A stretch of 64,000 bases of DNA, taken from contig OZ255842.1 in the NCBI GenBank assembly GCA_965277805.1, forward strand, positions 4,512,001-4,576,000, written 5' to 3'. The stretch's first letter is position 1, and the number at the start of each line of letters is the position of its first letter. Source of the DNA: Candidatus Lustribacter sp. (GTDB taxonomy: Bacteria; Vulcanimicrobiota; Vulcanimicrobiia; Vulcanimicrobiales; Vulcanimicrobiaceae). Shown here in pieces: positions 1 to 9,661 of this stretch. Made by a program: the position numbers and the translations under genes. Under the pieces are notes generated by a model, which did no database searches, was not told the DNA's origin, and saw nothing but the letters and a program-made list of their open reading frames with translations.

Positions 1-166
1 AGGCAAAAAATTCGCGCGCCAGATCGAAGTGGGCGTCGACGAGCGCGCCGGGCACCCCGTGACCGGCGAGATAGAAAGCGCCGATGGATCTTCCCGCTTC
101 TCGCACCTTCGCCGCTGCGCCGGGCGCGCGGAGATCCACCGTCGCGAGTGGAGCAGTCTCAATCAT
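1..166 (-). CDS. Isopenicillin N synthase-like 2OG-Fe(II) oxygenase, N-terminal part (runs off window edge)
   Basis: Manual translation of the minus strand from ATG 166: MIETAPLATVDLRAPGAAAKVREAGRSIGAFYLAGHGVPGALVDAHFDLAREFFA. This matches the DIOX_N pattern (P-x-IDL...GFFYLxxHGVP...REFFxLP). ATG overlaps the TGA of the upstream gene (ATGA). Not in the ORF track because it is truncated. Confidence 0.8.
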   Translation of the reverse strand, partial: MIETAPLATVDLRAPGAAAKVREAGRSIGAFYLAGHGVPGALVDAHFDLAREFFA

Positions 167-1584
167 GCCAGTGCCGCGCGCGCGTCGGCAACGCTTCGAA
201 ATTCAGCCACTTCCGCCATTAAAGCAATGATGCCGCGCAGGGACGGCCCCGACCGGGCGCCCAGGGCAATTTTGAACACGCCGTTGCGCGCTTCGTTCTC
301 CAATTCGATCGCCTCGCAGCGGTGACCGCGAAAGCCGAAGCTGCCGCCGCGGTCGAGGACTAGACCTCGCTTGCGGGCGGCGCCGATCACGACGTCTTCG
401 AGCTCGGCGTAGCGGGCCATAGAGTCGTCACGAAGGTGGAAGAAAACGAACGGCCCTTGTGCCCAAGGCAAGCGCCGCGGATCGAGCGAGGGATGGGCAA
501 CAGTTTCGAAGAGCCCGTCCGTCGCGACGGCAGCCACTGCTTCCGCCAACGCCGCGTTGTGCCTGTAGAGTGCCGACGTATACTCATCCAATGCCGCCGG
601 ATCGAGAAAAAACGGGACATCGAGCAAAGCGAGGGCGTCGAACGTCAACGCAGTGCCATTGAGCCGGCGCAGCATTCGGAACCGCTCCTCCACGCCGTCG
701 AGGCTTTCGGCGTGCGTCGCCGGCGCGTAGATCGAGACGATGCCCACATTTGCCAGTTCGAGCCCGGCTTGATCGAGTTTGAGTCCGGAGTTGGCCTGTA
801 TCACGAGCGGCAACTGCGGTGTCTCAGCAAGAATTCGCCTCATCGGAAGCGTTGGGCCCACGAGGGTACTGTCGATGACGACGATGGGCGGCTCTGAACA
901 CTGCGCAGCTGCGTGCATCGCTTCCCGAACGTCAAACGGCCGCAGCCATGGGTCATAGATGATCGGCTCGATGAACACGACGTCGGGCGCGCCGCTCGCA
1001 AGGGCCGCGTGAAAGTCGGCGTCCGAATTCGTGATGAGCGCGCTGAAGCCGCCCAGTGAGAGCAATTCCCTCGTTTCGAAATACGCCACGGCGGCCAACA
1101 GAGCGGATGACTCACCGTACGGCATTCGCGATCTCAAGAACTGCGCGATGCTCGAGAGCGCGGCCATTCCGCTGGAAAAGAGCAGATGACGTACCGACCA
1201 TCCGCTGGGCGCGGTGCGGTACGCTTGCAGTCGCGCATCGAGGGGGCTCGATTCGAGGGACCGCTCGTAGCCGTAATCGATGATGACCTGAGACGGCAAC
1301 AGCTTGCCGTCGCCGGCGAACGGCGAGCGGTAGGTGGCGTCGGCGTACTCGTGCGCCGTGCCCATCCACGCACGGCGCAACTTGGCCGTGAGCCGATCGA
1401 GTTTTCGTTCGCCATCCGCCGTCTCGAGTGACGCTTGGGCCGCCAATTCGATCACGTTTTGATACCATGCGCCGGCGATCGCTCGGCGTCGCTCCGCCAC
1501 TGCGGGCATCGCATCGGCCACCGCAACGAGCCGATCGCATTCGGCGGCTAACTCATGGGTCTCACTGTGCATTACGCCGATCAC
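163..1584 (-). CDS. PLP-dependent enzyme, Cys/Met-metabolism (cystathionine gamma-synthase-like) fold, divergent
   Basis: Motifs FSSGMAA, YFET, VVIDSTL and SGLK (Schiff-base Lys), plus C-terminal GGSFGF and FKIALG. True start may be ATG 1572 (MHSETH). Confidence 0.75.
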   Translation of the reverse strand: MIGVMHSETHELAAECDRLVAVADAMPAVAERRRAIAGAWYQNVIELAAQASLETADGERKLDRLTAKLRRAWMGTAHEYADATYRSPFAGDGKLLPSQVIIDYGYERSLESSPLDARLQAYRTAPSGWSVRHLLFSSGMAALSSIAQFLRSRMPYGESSALLAAVAYFETRELLSLGGFSALITNSDADFHAALASGAPDVVFIEPIIYDPWLRPFDVREAMHAAAQCSEPPIVVIDSTLVGPTLPMRRILAETPQLPLVIQANSGLKLDQAGLELANVGIVSIYAPATHAESLDGVEERFRMLRRLNGTALTFDALALLDVPFFLDPAALDEYTSALYRHNAALAEAVAAVATDGLFETVAHPSLDPRRLPWAQGPFVFFHLRDDSMARYAELEDVVIGAARKRGLVLDRGGSFGFRGHRCEAIELENEARNGVFKIALGARSGPSLRGIIALMAEVAEFRSVADARAALA

Positions 1585-1598
1585 CTACCCAAAGCGAT

Positions 1599-1626
1599 GT
1601 CTCGACCGCAACGTCTCGGGTATGGT
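1599..1626 (+). promoter_or_regulatory. Putative SigB/SigF-type promoter (GTCT-N15-GGGTAT), leaderless start of the AI-2E gene
   Basis: GTCT 1599-1602 and GGGTAT 1618-1623; TATGGT ends 6 nt before ATG 1633; no Shine-Dalgarno. Confidence 0.4.
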
Positions 1627-1632
1627 AGCGAG

Positions 1633-2784
1633 ATGATCGAAGGTGCGGACCGACGTCTCGTGCGCGGTTTGCTGGTAACGTTGCTGACGCTCGGAATCGG
1701 CTTCCTCATATGGATGCTCGCTGCCGTGTTCGACCGCGTGCACAACACCCTGGTCGTCATCGTCTTCGCCGTGCTCTTCGCCTACTTTGTTTATCCGGGC
1801 GTGATCTGGCTTGGCCGGCGCGGCGTCCCGGTCGCGATTGGCGCGCTCATCATCTACGCAGTCCTCGGACTGATCTTAGCCGGCGCGATCGCCTGGCTTG
1901 CACCCGCGGTCGCTTATCAGGCCACCGACCTAGCGCAAAACTTCCCGCATGTGGTCGCCAACGTCCAGCACCAAATCAGCGACCCGGTACACTCGCCACT
2001 GCTGAGCCGTTTGCCGGCCGGCGCGCGGTCTCAGATCGCTTCGAACACCGGCAAGATCGGTGCGCTCGCAGGCGTTGCGGCCGCGGGCGCGGGAACGCAC
2101 GTGCTCGACTTTCTGAGCGGCACCACGACCGCCCTGATCGACGTTCTGCTCGTACTCGGCCTTACGTTGCTGATCCTCGGTGACCTCGCGAACATCCAGG
2201 CCTTCGGCGTGCGCATCGTTCCGCCGGCATATCGGGTGACCGCCATCGCATTCATGCGCGACGTCGATCAAGTGATCGGCGGCTTCGTGCGCGGACAGGT
2301 GCTGTTAGCTCTGGCGGTCGGCGTTTCCGGGACGATCGTGCTGATGATTGTGGGCGTTCCGTACGCGATTCTGCTGGGGCTTTTTGCGGGCATCGTGAGC
2401 ATCATCCCCATGGTCGGGCCGGTCATCGTCGGCATTCCCGTGCTTGTCATTGCGTTCTTCACCGTGGGCCTTGCGAAACTGTTGATCGTCGCGGCACTCT
2501 ACGCCGTGATTCTCGTCGTCCAGCAAAACGTGCTCTCTCCGATGATCGTCTCGAAGTCGGTCGGCGTCACGCCGCTCGTCATTTTCGTCGCGTTGCTCTT
2601 GGGAAGCGAAGCGTTCGGCGTTCTCGGCGCGCTCCTCTCAATACCGGTCGCGGGAATTTTGCGTGTTGCGGCCGAGCGTGTGTTCCCGCGCGATCCAAAA
2701 GCGGATGCTCTCTTGGCGCAGGAGCGAAACATGAGCGGCGAGCCGGAGCGAGAAACGCGCGAGGCTACGACACCAGCGCGGTAA
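1633..2784 (+). CDS. AI-2E family transporter
   Basis: Multi-TM protein with FVRGQVLLA, IIPMVGP and PLVIFVALLLG..FGVLGALLSIP signatures. Start set at ATG 1633 rather than 1555. Confidence 0.9.
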   Translation: MIEGADRRLVRGLLVTLLTLGIGFLIWMLAAVFDRVHNTLVVIVFAVLFAYFVYPGVIWLGRRGVPVAIGALIIYAVLGLILAGAIAWLAPAVAYQATDLAQNFPHVVANVQHQISDPVHSPLLSRLPAGARSQIASNTGKIGALAGVAAAGAGTHVLDFLSGTTTALIDVLLVLGLTLLILGDLANIQAFGVRIVPPAYRVTAIAFMRDVDQVIGGFVRGQVLLALAVGVSGTIVLMIVGVPYAILLGLFAGIVSIIPMVGPVIVGIPVLVIAFFTVGLAKLLIVAALYAVILVVQQNVLSPMIVSKSVGVTPLVIFVALLLGSEAFGVLGALLSIPVAGILRVAAERVFPRDPKADALLAQERNMSGEPERETREATTPAR

Positions 2785-2817
2785 ACGTGCGGCGGCCGCA
2801 ATCGGTGTGCGATTGTT

Positions 2818-3510
2818 CTATCGGGAGGACATGTATTGCATCGATGCGATCGCTCCGGCAAAGGCCGCTGGGCGCAGGATGCCGACGCCGTGTGGAGCGT
2901 TTTGCTCGACGATCACCTGGCCCGCCACTGCTGCGCGCGCAAAGCGCGCTGCATTCCAGACGATCGGGACATCCCAGCCGCCAACGATGAAAGTGATCGG
3001 GGCGCGAATCGCGCGCACGTCGGCCAGGACGTCATGCCCGAGCAGCGCCCGCATCGTAACGTTACGCATCGCCGGCGCGAGCCCGCGCGTTTCGATCGCG
3101 CGCGCGACGTCCGGTTCGCATATGCGGTAGATTAGCGTCCGCATGGCACCCGGTGGGACCAACATGCCGGGGACGAGAGAGATGTGGGCAACGGCCTCGG
3201 CTAGTCCGCGCATCGCGAACGTACAACTTCCGGCAACCACTCCGGCGATCGCATCTCCGAGTTGCGCTCCGGCAGCCAAGACCACATACCCGCCGAGCGA
3301 ATCGCCGACGAGGACGGTCCGCGGACCCGCGCTGCGTGCGGCCGCAATGATGCCGCCGACGGCGGACGCGAAATCAAACGGCTCGTCGCGACGTTCCCCG
3401 TGCCCGGGCAGGTCATCGGCGATCAACGCTACGGAGGCCGGTAAGATCCGCTTGAGCGGGATCCACGTCGCGCCGTTGACGGCCGCGCCGTGGACCGCGA
3501 TTACTCGCAA
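2818..3510 (-). CDS. Alpha/beta fold hydrolase
   Basis: HG oxyanion motif, DLPGHG, GDSLGG nucleophile elbow, C-terminal His. Immediately follows tetR. Confidence 0.85.
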   Translation of the reverse strand: MRVIAVHGAAVNGATWIPLKRILPASVALIADDLPGHGERRDEPFDFASAVGGIIAAARSAGPRTVLVGDSLGGYVVLAAGAQLGDAIAGVVAGSCTFAMRGLAEAVAHISLVPGMLVPPGAMRTLIYRICEPDVARAIETRGLAPAMRNVTMRALLGHDVLADVRAIRAPITFIVGGWDVPIVWNAARFARAAVAGQVIVEQNAPHGVGILRPAAFAGAIASMQYMSSR

Positions 3511-3511
3511 C

Positions 3512-4126
3512 TTATGAGCTGTGCGGTAGGAGCATCACGTCAGCCGCTTCGTCGGCGTCTTTGAGGAGCGTCTCTCGCGGCATGCCCATCTGGGCACGCA
3601 TCGTCAGACCGCGCGCAAGGTCAACGACCTGGATCGCGCGTGCGCCGACCGGAAAGTCAGATGGGATTTCGCCCGCGTTGATCCCGTCCTGGAAACGACG
3701 TTCGACGAGGGCCACGGCGCCGGCGGCAGCGTCCTGTATGAACTGCCGGACTTCAGCGTCGTCGACCAGCGGCGCGACGCACATGAGCAGACACCCCGAG
3801 GCGCTGCCTTCCTCGGTCGCCGTTGTGACGGCGTACCTCAGGAAGCTTGCGATGGAGTCGCGCAGTCCCTGCGGCGCGAGGAGTGCCTCCGCGGTCCCAG
3901 CGCCCTTCACTTCGGCGTAGGCACGGAGGGCTCGCAAAAAGATCGTCCGCTTGTCCCCAAAGATGGCGTAGAGGCTCGGGCGCCCGACCCCCATGCCGGC
4001 GACGAGATCGTCGATGGTGACTCCGTCATAGCCCTTGAGCCAGAACACCTGGATCGCCTTTAGGAGCGCGGCGCTCTCATCGAAGCTGCGCGGTCGCCCA
4101 CGCGGCCTCGCTGATTTTTGAATCAT
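3512..4126 (-). CDS. TetR/AcrR family transcriptional regulator
   Basis: GRPRSFD...FWLKGYDGVTIDDL...GVGRPSLYAIFGDKR N-terminal HTH; GCLL in the C-terminal domain; divergent from the SDR. Confidence 0.92.
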   Translation of the reverse strand: MIQKSARPRGRPRSFDESAALLKAIQVFWLKGYDGVTIDDLVAGMGVGRPSLYAIFGDKRTIFLRALRAYAEVKGAGTAEALLAPQGLRDSIASFLRYAVTTATEEGSASGCLLMCVAPLVDDAEVRQFIQDAAAGAVALVERRFQDGINAGEIPSDFPVGARAIQVVDLARGLTMRAQMGMPRETLLKDADEAADVMLLPHSS

Positions 4127-4214
4127 TTCGTTCGAAATTCCTTGCCCATGCCCGTCTAATCCATTATTGTACGAAAGGGTTCGAAATTAGCAAGGGTTCA
4201 TCACGGAGCAAGCA

Positions 4215-5189
4215 ATGACACATTCGATCGCTCTCGTCACCGGCACCACCTCCGGGCTTGGCCATGCGGCAGCCCGCCTGCTTGCTGCCAAGGACTACCG
4301 CGAAATCTTCATCACCGGGCGCAGTCTGGCCGGGATGAAGCAAACGGCCGCTGAGCTTACGGCTGAGACCAAGAAACAGGTCTTCACGCCGCTTCAGCTG
4401 GATCTGGACGCGCCGTTCAGCGCTCAGTCCGTCGTCACCGAACTCGTCAAGCGAGGTCAGCCAATCGATTTTCTACTGCTCAACGCCGGGATGATCGGTG
4501 GCAAGGCGCGCGTGATCACGGCAACGGGCGTCGAGGCCGCGCAGGCCCCGCTGATCGGCCACCATGAACTGACGGTCGGGTTGCTACGCGCCAACCTGCT
4601 GAGCCGCAACGCCCGGATCGTCATCGCCGGCGCGGAACCTGCCCGAGGCGACGTCCCCATGTTCAGCTACACCGATGTGGCAGCCCTCGCATCCACGCAT
4701 TTCCACGGTGACCGGACCGCGGCAGTGGAAGCTCTGATTCGCAGCGGACCCAACGTGAAGTACGAACCCAATCGGGCGTATACCGACGCGAAACTGATTG
4801 TTGCTTGGTGGGCCGCAGCGCTTGCCCGCCGGCTGCCTCCCGGCATGGCCGTGTACGCTGTGTCGCCCGGAGCGGCGACCGCGACCAAGGTGGTTCGAAA
4901 CGTTGTCCCGGCGTTGAAGTATCTGATGATCCCGATCGTGAGCCTCATTCCGGGCATGAATCAGACGCCGGAAATGGCGGCCGGCCGCTACCTCCAGGCA
5001 TCGGAGTTCGGAACCGACGTCTCAGGGCAATTCTTCGCCTCGCCGCCCAAAAAGGTCACCGGTCCGCTCACGCCGATGCGCCAGCCACACCTTCACGATC
5101 GCGCCAACCAGGACGCCGCGTGGCAAGCCGTCGTCCACGTCTCCGGCGTCGACTTTTCCTACGCTGCAGCCCCGAGCGCAGCGTCCTGA
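4215..5189 (+). CDS. SDR family NAD(P)-dependent oxidoreductase (retinol dehydrogenase/WWOX-like)
   Basis: TGTTSGLG, LLNAG and YTDAK (YxxxK) motifs; GGAG RBS upstream. Confidence 0.88.
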   Translation: MTHSIALVTGTTSGLGHAAARLLAAKDYREIFITGRSLAGMKQTAAELTAETKKQVFTPLQLDLDAPFSAQSVVTELVKRGQPIDFLLLNAGMIGGKARVITATGVEAAQAPLIGHHELTVGLLRANLLSRNARIVIAGAEPARGDVPMFSYTDVAALASTHFHGDRTAAVEALIRSGPNVKYEPNRAYTDAKLIVAWWAAALARRLPPGMAVYAVSPGAATATKVVRNVVPALKYLMIPIVSLIPGMNQTPEMAAGRYLQASEFGTDVSGQFFASPPKKVTGPLTPMRQPHLHDRANQDAAWQAVVHVSGVDFSYAAAPSAAS

Positions 5190-5220
5190 CCGGGCGCTAG
5201 GTATCACTATCTTTTGGTGT

Positions 5221-5739
5221 TGCTTTGGACGGTCTGGAAGCGCGCAAAAGGAGAGCATGATGCAACTCGATGCAAGCTGGGTCGGCGCGATCGCGTCGGT
5301 CGCCTCAGCCTTTGTTGTCGCGATCGCCGCCGTTGCGGCAGTCGCGCAAATTCGCTATATCCGTTCCTCAAACGAGATTACGGTGTTTCTCCGAATGATC
5401 GAACGCGTGGATTCTCCCGAGTTCACCGATGCGTTCTCGGCGATCGGACCATTGCGGCAGCGAATGGCAATCGATACCGGCCTGCGGCAACGGCTTTCAA
5501 ACGACGAGCGCGTCGAATTCCGAAGCTCTCGTGCTCGCCGAATATGCGGACAACATCGATGAATTATGGGACCGGTTGGGCAGATGGTGTATCTGCGACG
5601 TCAGGCGCGCGGCCCTTTCGTGGGCGTAGCCTTCGAGCATCTCGCTATGCGCGCACGGCAGTTCGTAAAGGAGGGTCACATGGCGCAACTCTACGGGCGC
5701 CTAAAGAAAGACCCGCAGTACGCCGCATTCAAAAACTAA
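5221..5739 (+). repeat. Direct repeat copy 1 of the ~590-bp segment at 11003-11594
   Basis: Aligns by eye from tgcttt(g)ggacggtctggaagcgcgcaaaag to the TAA stop; net 72 nt shorter than copy 2 in the coding part. Confidence 0.95.
5257..5739 (+). pseudogene. Disrupted copy of the DUF4760-like membrane protein gene at 11040-11594
   Basis: Net 71-nt deletion after 5517 causes a frameshift and TGA at 5560-5562. A further 1-nt deletion lies near 5581. Downstream sequence still aligns to the intact copy. Confidence 0.9.
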
Positions 5740-5740
5740 T

Positions 5741-5778
5741 GAAAAGGAAAAGAGTCGCCGGAGCGATCCGGCGACTCT
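5741..5778 (-). terminator. Intrinsic terminator of the 5795-6127 gene
   Basis: 12-bp stem agagtcgccgga/tccggcgactct (5751-5778) with a 4-nt loop, followed on the minus strand by tttccttttc. Confidence 0.8.
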
Positions 5779-5794
5779 CATCGTTCGGTTGAGC

Positions 5795-6127
5795 TTACCG
5801 GCGCCAATCGCTGTGATCGTCGCGCTGGTGTTGCGGCTGCGCCGAATAGCCGCGGCCTTCGCCTGAGCGATTGTTGCCCTGGTAGCCGTTCCGTTGGTAG
5901 CCGTTCCCCTGGTAGCAGTACCCGTTGTAGCCGTACGCTTCTTGGTTCGCTTCGGCGTTCTTATTCGAGACGTTGATGGCGGTGGCGATACCAGCCACCA
6001 GCGCGAGTCCGCCGATGATTTCGTTACGCGTAGCGGCCGCTTGGTCCGCGCTCGCCGGTGCGATCGCTGCGAGGCTGAAGCCGGCTGCCAATGCGATGGC
6101 GGTTAGTGACGTGCTGAGCTTGTTCAT
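5795..6127 (-). CDS. Small secreted protein with low-complexity (G/R)NGYQ repeats
   Basis: GGAGG RBS; signal peptide ending APASA-D; tandem ~15-nt repeats encoding YQGNG; terminator downstream. Confidence 0.8.
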   Translation of the reverse strand: MNKLSTSLTAIALAAGFSLAAIAPASADQAAATRNEIIGGLALVAGIATAINVSNKNAEANQEAYGYNGYCYQGNGYQRNGYQGNNRSGEGRGYSAQPQHQRDDHSDWRR

Positions 6128-6327
6128 GAGTGAACCTCCACCAACACACTACGGCCGGCGTTATAGGGGAGGCTGGCGTTCTGAGGAGCGTTTGATGAGA
6201 ATTTCGGACGGAGCCGATCGGTCAATTCCAATTAGCGGGGATGGGCTCTCCTAGGATAGCGAGTGTCTTGATCCGGGGGAGTGCGAGTGCCATCATGCGC
6301 GGCATGCGCGCCGCGTCAGCCGCCCAG

Positions 6328-7164
6328 ATGGAACGTCGCCCCCTCGGCTCTTCGAAGCAACTCGTGCCGGTCATCGGTCAAGGCACCTGGTATCTCGACC
6401 AGGTCGACCGCCGAGTCGCGATCGCGACGTTGCGCCGCGGCCTCGAGCTGGGAATGACGCACATCGACACCGCCGAGATGTACGGTACCGAAGACATCGT
6501 CGGCGAGGCGATCGCCGGCCGGCGCGACGACGTGTTCCTCGTTTCCAAAGTCCTGCCGGAGCACGCTTCGCTCACGGGCACGATCGTCGCGTGTGAAGCG
6601 TCGCTACGGCGGCTGCGCACGACATATCTCAATGGCTATTTGCTGCACTGGCGGGGCGAGTATCCGCTCGCCGAAACGATTCACGCCTTCGAACAGCTGC
6701 GCCATCAGCAAAAGATTCTGTTCTGGGGCGTGAGCAACTTCGACGTTGCCGACCTGAACGAAGCGCGCGACGCCGCGAGCGGCGTGGGCTTCGTCTGCGA
6801 CCAAGTTCTCTACCATCTCCAACAGCGCGCGATCGAGCACGCCGTCGAGCCCTGGTGCGAACGGCACGACGTTGCCGTCGTCGCGTACAGTCCTTTAGGG
6901 CACGGCCATTTTCCGAGCGACCGCACCACCGGCGGCCGCGTTCTGCGGGAAATCGCGGCCGCCCACGGCGCGACGCCGCGGCAAGCTGCGCTGCGGTTCA
7001 TCGTCCGCCGCCCGTCGACGTTCGCCGTTCCGAAAGCATCGAGCCCGGAGCATGCGGTCGAGAACGCTGGAGCCGGCCGGCTCGTGCTCACCAAGGACGA
7101 GATCGAGCGCATCGATCGGGCCTTTCCGCTCGGTCAACGCCCGCACGTTCTGCCGACACTCTGA
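6328..7164 (+). CDS. Aldo/keto reductase
   Basis: IGQGTW, HIDTAEMYG, VSKV, YLLHW, WGVSNF and AYSPLG motifs. Start uncertain (6241, 6295, 6304 or 6328). Confidence 0.93.
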   Translation: MERRPLGSSKQLVPVIGQGTWYLDQVDRRVAIATLRRGLELGMTHIDTAEMYGTEDIVGEAIAGRRDDVFLVSKVLPEHASLTGTIVACEASLRRLRTTYLNGYLLHWRGEYPLAETIHAFEQLRHQQKILFWGVSNFDVADLNEARDAASGVGFVCDQVLYHLQQRAIEHAVEPWCERHDVAVVAYSPLGHGHFPSDRTTGGRVLREIAAAHGATPRQAALRFIVRRPSTFAVPKASSPEHAVENAGAGRLVLTKDEIERIDRAFPLGQRPHVLPTL

Positions 7165-7336
7165 GGGCGCGGCGCGGCTATGACTATTAGCGCTTCAAGT
7201 TTCCAGCTGTCGCAAGGTGGTAGTGCGGTTTACTTTTCCGCCGCCTCCATTCGTGGGACGATCAAGCACCGTGACGAGCGCCCCCGCGCAGCGGGCGTGA
7301 GCGCGCCCGCAAGCGATCACACACACAGGAGATGTC

Positions 7337-9196
7337 ATGGCAGCACCAGTCGTCGGTATCGATCTCGGTACGACCAACTCGGTCATCGCCGCGATGCAGG
7401 GCGGGCAAGCCGAAGTTATTCCCAACGCAGAAGGAAGCCGCACGACGCCGTCCGTCGTTGCCTTTACCAAGACCGGTGAGCGGCTCGTCGGACAGCTCGC
7501 GAAGCGTCAGGCGGTTGTTAATCCCGACCGAACGATCGCTTCAATCAAGCGCCAAATGGGCACCGACCATAAAGTCAAGATCGACGGGCGGGACTACACG
7601 CCCCAAGAGATCTCGGCGATGATTCTCCAGAAGCTCGTAAACGACGCCTCGAACTACCTGGGCGATCGCGTCACCAAAGCCGTCATCACCGTCCCCGCAT
7701 ACTTCAACGATTCGCAGCGCCAAGCGACCAAAGACGCCGGAAGAATCGCCGGCCTGGACGTGCTCCGAATCATCAACGAGCCGACCGCCGCATCGCTGGC
7801 GTACGGTCTCGACAAGAAGGAGCACGAGACGATCCTCGTGTGGGATTTAGGCGGCGGAACGTTCGACGTCTCGGTTCTCGAAGTCGGTGACGGCGTGTTC
7901 GAAGTGAAGGCGACGAACGGCGATACGCATCTCGGCGGCGACGACTACGACGCTCGCATCGTTAATTGGCTGGTCGCGGAATACCGCAAAGACCAAGGGA
8001 TCGACCTGAGCAACGACAAGCAGGCGCTGCAACGTCTGACCGAGGCGGCGGAGAAGGCCAAGGTCGAACTCTCGAGCGTCGTGCAGACGTCGATCAATTT
8101 GCCGTTCATAACGGCGGATCAGAGCGGCCCCAAACACCTCGAATATACGCTTACCCGGGCCAAGTTCGAAGAGCTCACGCACGATCTCACCGAGCGGACG
8201 ATTGGGCCGTTCCGGCAGGCGCTGGCGGACGCGGAGATCGATCTGTCGGCGCTCAACGAAGTGATCCTCGTCGGTGGTGCGACGCGCATGCCGGCGATCC
8301 AAAGCCTCGTCCGCAAATTGACGAACAAGGACCCAAACCAATCGGTGAACCCCGACGAAGTCGTCGCAGTCGGGGCGGCGATCCAGGCCGGGATCCTTTC
8401 GGGCGAAGTCAAGGACGTCGTGCTGCTCGATGTCACGCCACTCTCACTCGGTATCGAGACCATGGGCGGCGTGACGCAGAAGATGATCGAGCGCAACACG
8501 ACGATCCCCACGCGAAAGTCGGAGATCTTTACGACCGCGGCAGACGGCCAAACCGCCGTCGACATCCACGTCGTGCAGGGTGAGCGCGAAATGGCGGCTG
8601 ACAACAAAACGCTGGCGCGCTTTCGCCTCGAAGGCATTCCACCCGCGCCGCGCGGCACACCGCAGATCGAGGTGACGTTCGACATCGATGCCAACGGCAT
8701 CGTGAGCGTTACCGCGAAGGATCTCGGTACCGGCAAGGAACAGCAAGTCACGATCACGGCCACGAGCAATCTCACCAAGGATGAGATCGAGCGCATGGTG
8801 CGCGATGCGGAGGCGCATGCCGCCGAAGACCGCCGCAAGCGCGAAGAAGCCGAAATTCGCAACGCTGCATCGAGTACGATCTACACCACCGAATCGGCAC
8901 TCAAAGACAACGGCGACAAGGTCGAGGCGGGCGTACGCGCACCCGTTGAGAACGCGCTCGCCGAGCTCAAGCGCCTATCGGAAAACGGCACGGCGGCGGA
9001 GATCAAGTCGGCGACGGAGCGGATGGACCAAGCTGCGCAGCGATTTGGCGAGGCAGTCGCACAAACGGCCGCTAGCGGAGCGCGATCAAACGGAGCGGGG
9101 GGCAATGGGCATTCGTCGACCGGCGGAGCGGGAGCGGGTGCGGGTGCAGGGTCTCGCGGCGAAGACGTGATCGACGCCGAATTCAAAGAGACGTAA
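7337..9196 (+). CDS. dnaK: Molecular chaperone DnaK (Hsp70)
   Basis: [27 protein letters not shown] and [12 protein letters not shown]-like motifs; DAEF C-terminus; AGGAG RBS. Confidence 0.99.
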   Translation: MAAPVVGIDLGTTNSVIAAMQGGQAEVIPNAEGSRTTPSVVAFTKTGERLVGQLAKRQAVVNPDRTIASIKRQMGTDHKVKIDGRDYTPQEISAMILQKLVNDASNYLGDRVTKAVITVPAYFNDSQRQATKDAGRIAGLDVLRIINEPTAASLAYGLDKKEHETILVWDLGGGTFDVSVLEVGDGVFEVKATNGDTHLGGDDYDARIVNWLVAEYRKDQGIDLSNDKQALQRLTEAAEKAKVELSSVVQTSINLPFITADQSGPKHLEYTLTRAKFEELTHDLTERTIGPFRQALADAEIDLSALNEVILVGGATRMPAIQSLVRKLTNKDPNQSVNPDEVVAVGAAIQAGILSGEVKDVVLLDVTPLSLGIETMGGVTQKMIERNTTIPTRKSEIFTTAADGQTAVDIHVVQGEREMAADNKTLARFRLEGIPPAPRGTPQIEVTFDIDANGIVSVTAKDLGTGKEQQVTITATSNLTKDEIERMVRDAEAHAAEDRRKREEAEIRNAASSTIYTTESALKDNGDKVEAGVRAPVENALAELKRLSENGTAAEIKSATERMDQAAQRFGEAVAQTAASGARSNGAGGNGHSSTGGAGAGAGAGSRGEDVIDAEFKET

Positions 9197-9205
9197 CGCA
9201 CGAAC

Positions 9206-9652
9206 ATGGAATCGGAATCGGACTCGAGATCGGAGCCGGAGTCGGACTTCCGCGCGAAATATCTCTTTGCGGCGGCGGAACTCGAGAACACGAAAAAGCG
9301 AGAACGCCGCCGTGCCGACGAGTTCGCGCGCGCAATGAAGAAGCGCGTGCTCCTACGGTTCTTGCCGGTCCTAGATAATCTCGAGCGGGCCGTCGCTCAC
9401 CAGGACTCGGAGGCGATGCGCGCAGGTTTGGCGGCGACGTTGCGCGGTTTCGAGTCGGCCCTCGCGAGCGAGGGCGTTGCGCCGATCCTCACGACCGGAC
9501 AGCGCTTCGATCCCAACCTAGCCCAAGCTGTGGGCACGCAACAGGCGGAGGGCGTCGAGGACGACACGGTGCTGGCCGAAACGCAACGGGGCTACCTCGT
9601 CGACGAGGAGTTGTTGCGTCCCGCGCTCGTCATCGTCGCAAAGAATGCGTAG
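9206..9652 (+). CDS. grpE: Nucleotide exchange factor GrpE (short N-terminus)
   Basis: AELENTKKR, FLPVLDNLERA, FDPNL and GY...LLRPALVIV motifs; lies between dnaK and dnaJ. Confidence 0.95.
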   Translation: MESESDSRSEPESDFRAKYLFAAAELENTKKRERRRADEFARAMKKRVLLRFLPVLDNLERAVAHQDSEAMRAGLAATLRGFESALASEGVAPILTTGQRFDPNLAQAVGTQQAEGVEDDTVLAETQRGYLVDEELLRPALVIVAKNA

Positions 9653-9661
9653 CGCGAATCG

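Noticed and set aside
4125-4190. Imperfect palindromes and repeated GTTCGAAATT in the tetR-SDR intergenic region
   Set aside because: Probably the ordinary TetR operator, but too degenerate to delimit. It is not a LexA box (no CGAAC-N4-GTTCG).
7187-7215. Possible CIRCE element upstream of dnaK (ttagcgctt...)
   Set aside because: Only a partial left arm; no matching GAGTGCTAA right arm at 9-nt spacing.
9119-9250. Short tandem repeats at the dnaK end and grpE start
   Set aside because: They encode Gly-Ala and Glu-Ser low-complexity linkers; no spacer structure, so not CRISPR or iteron.
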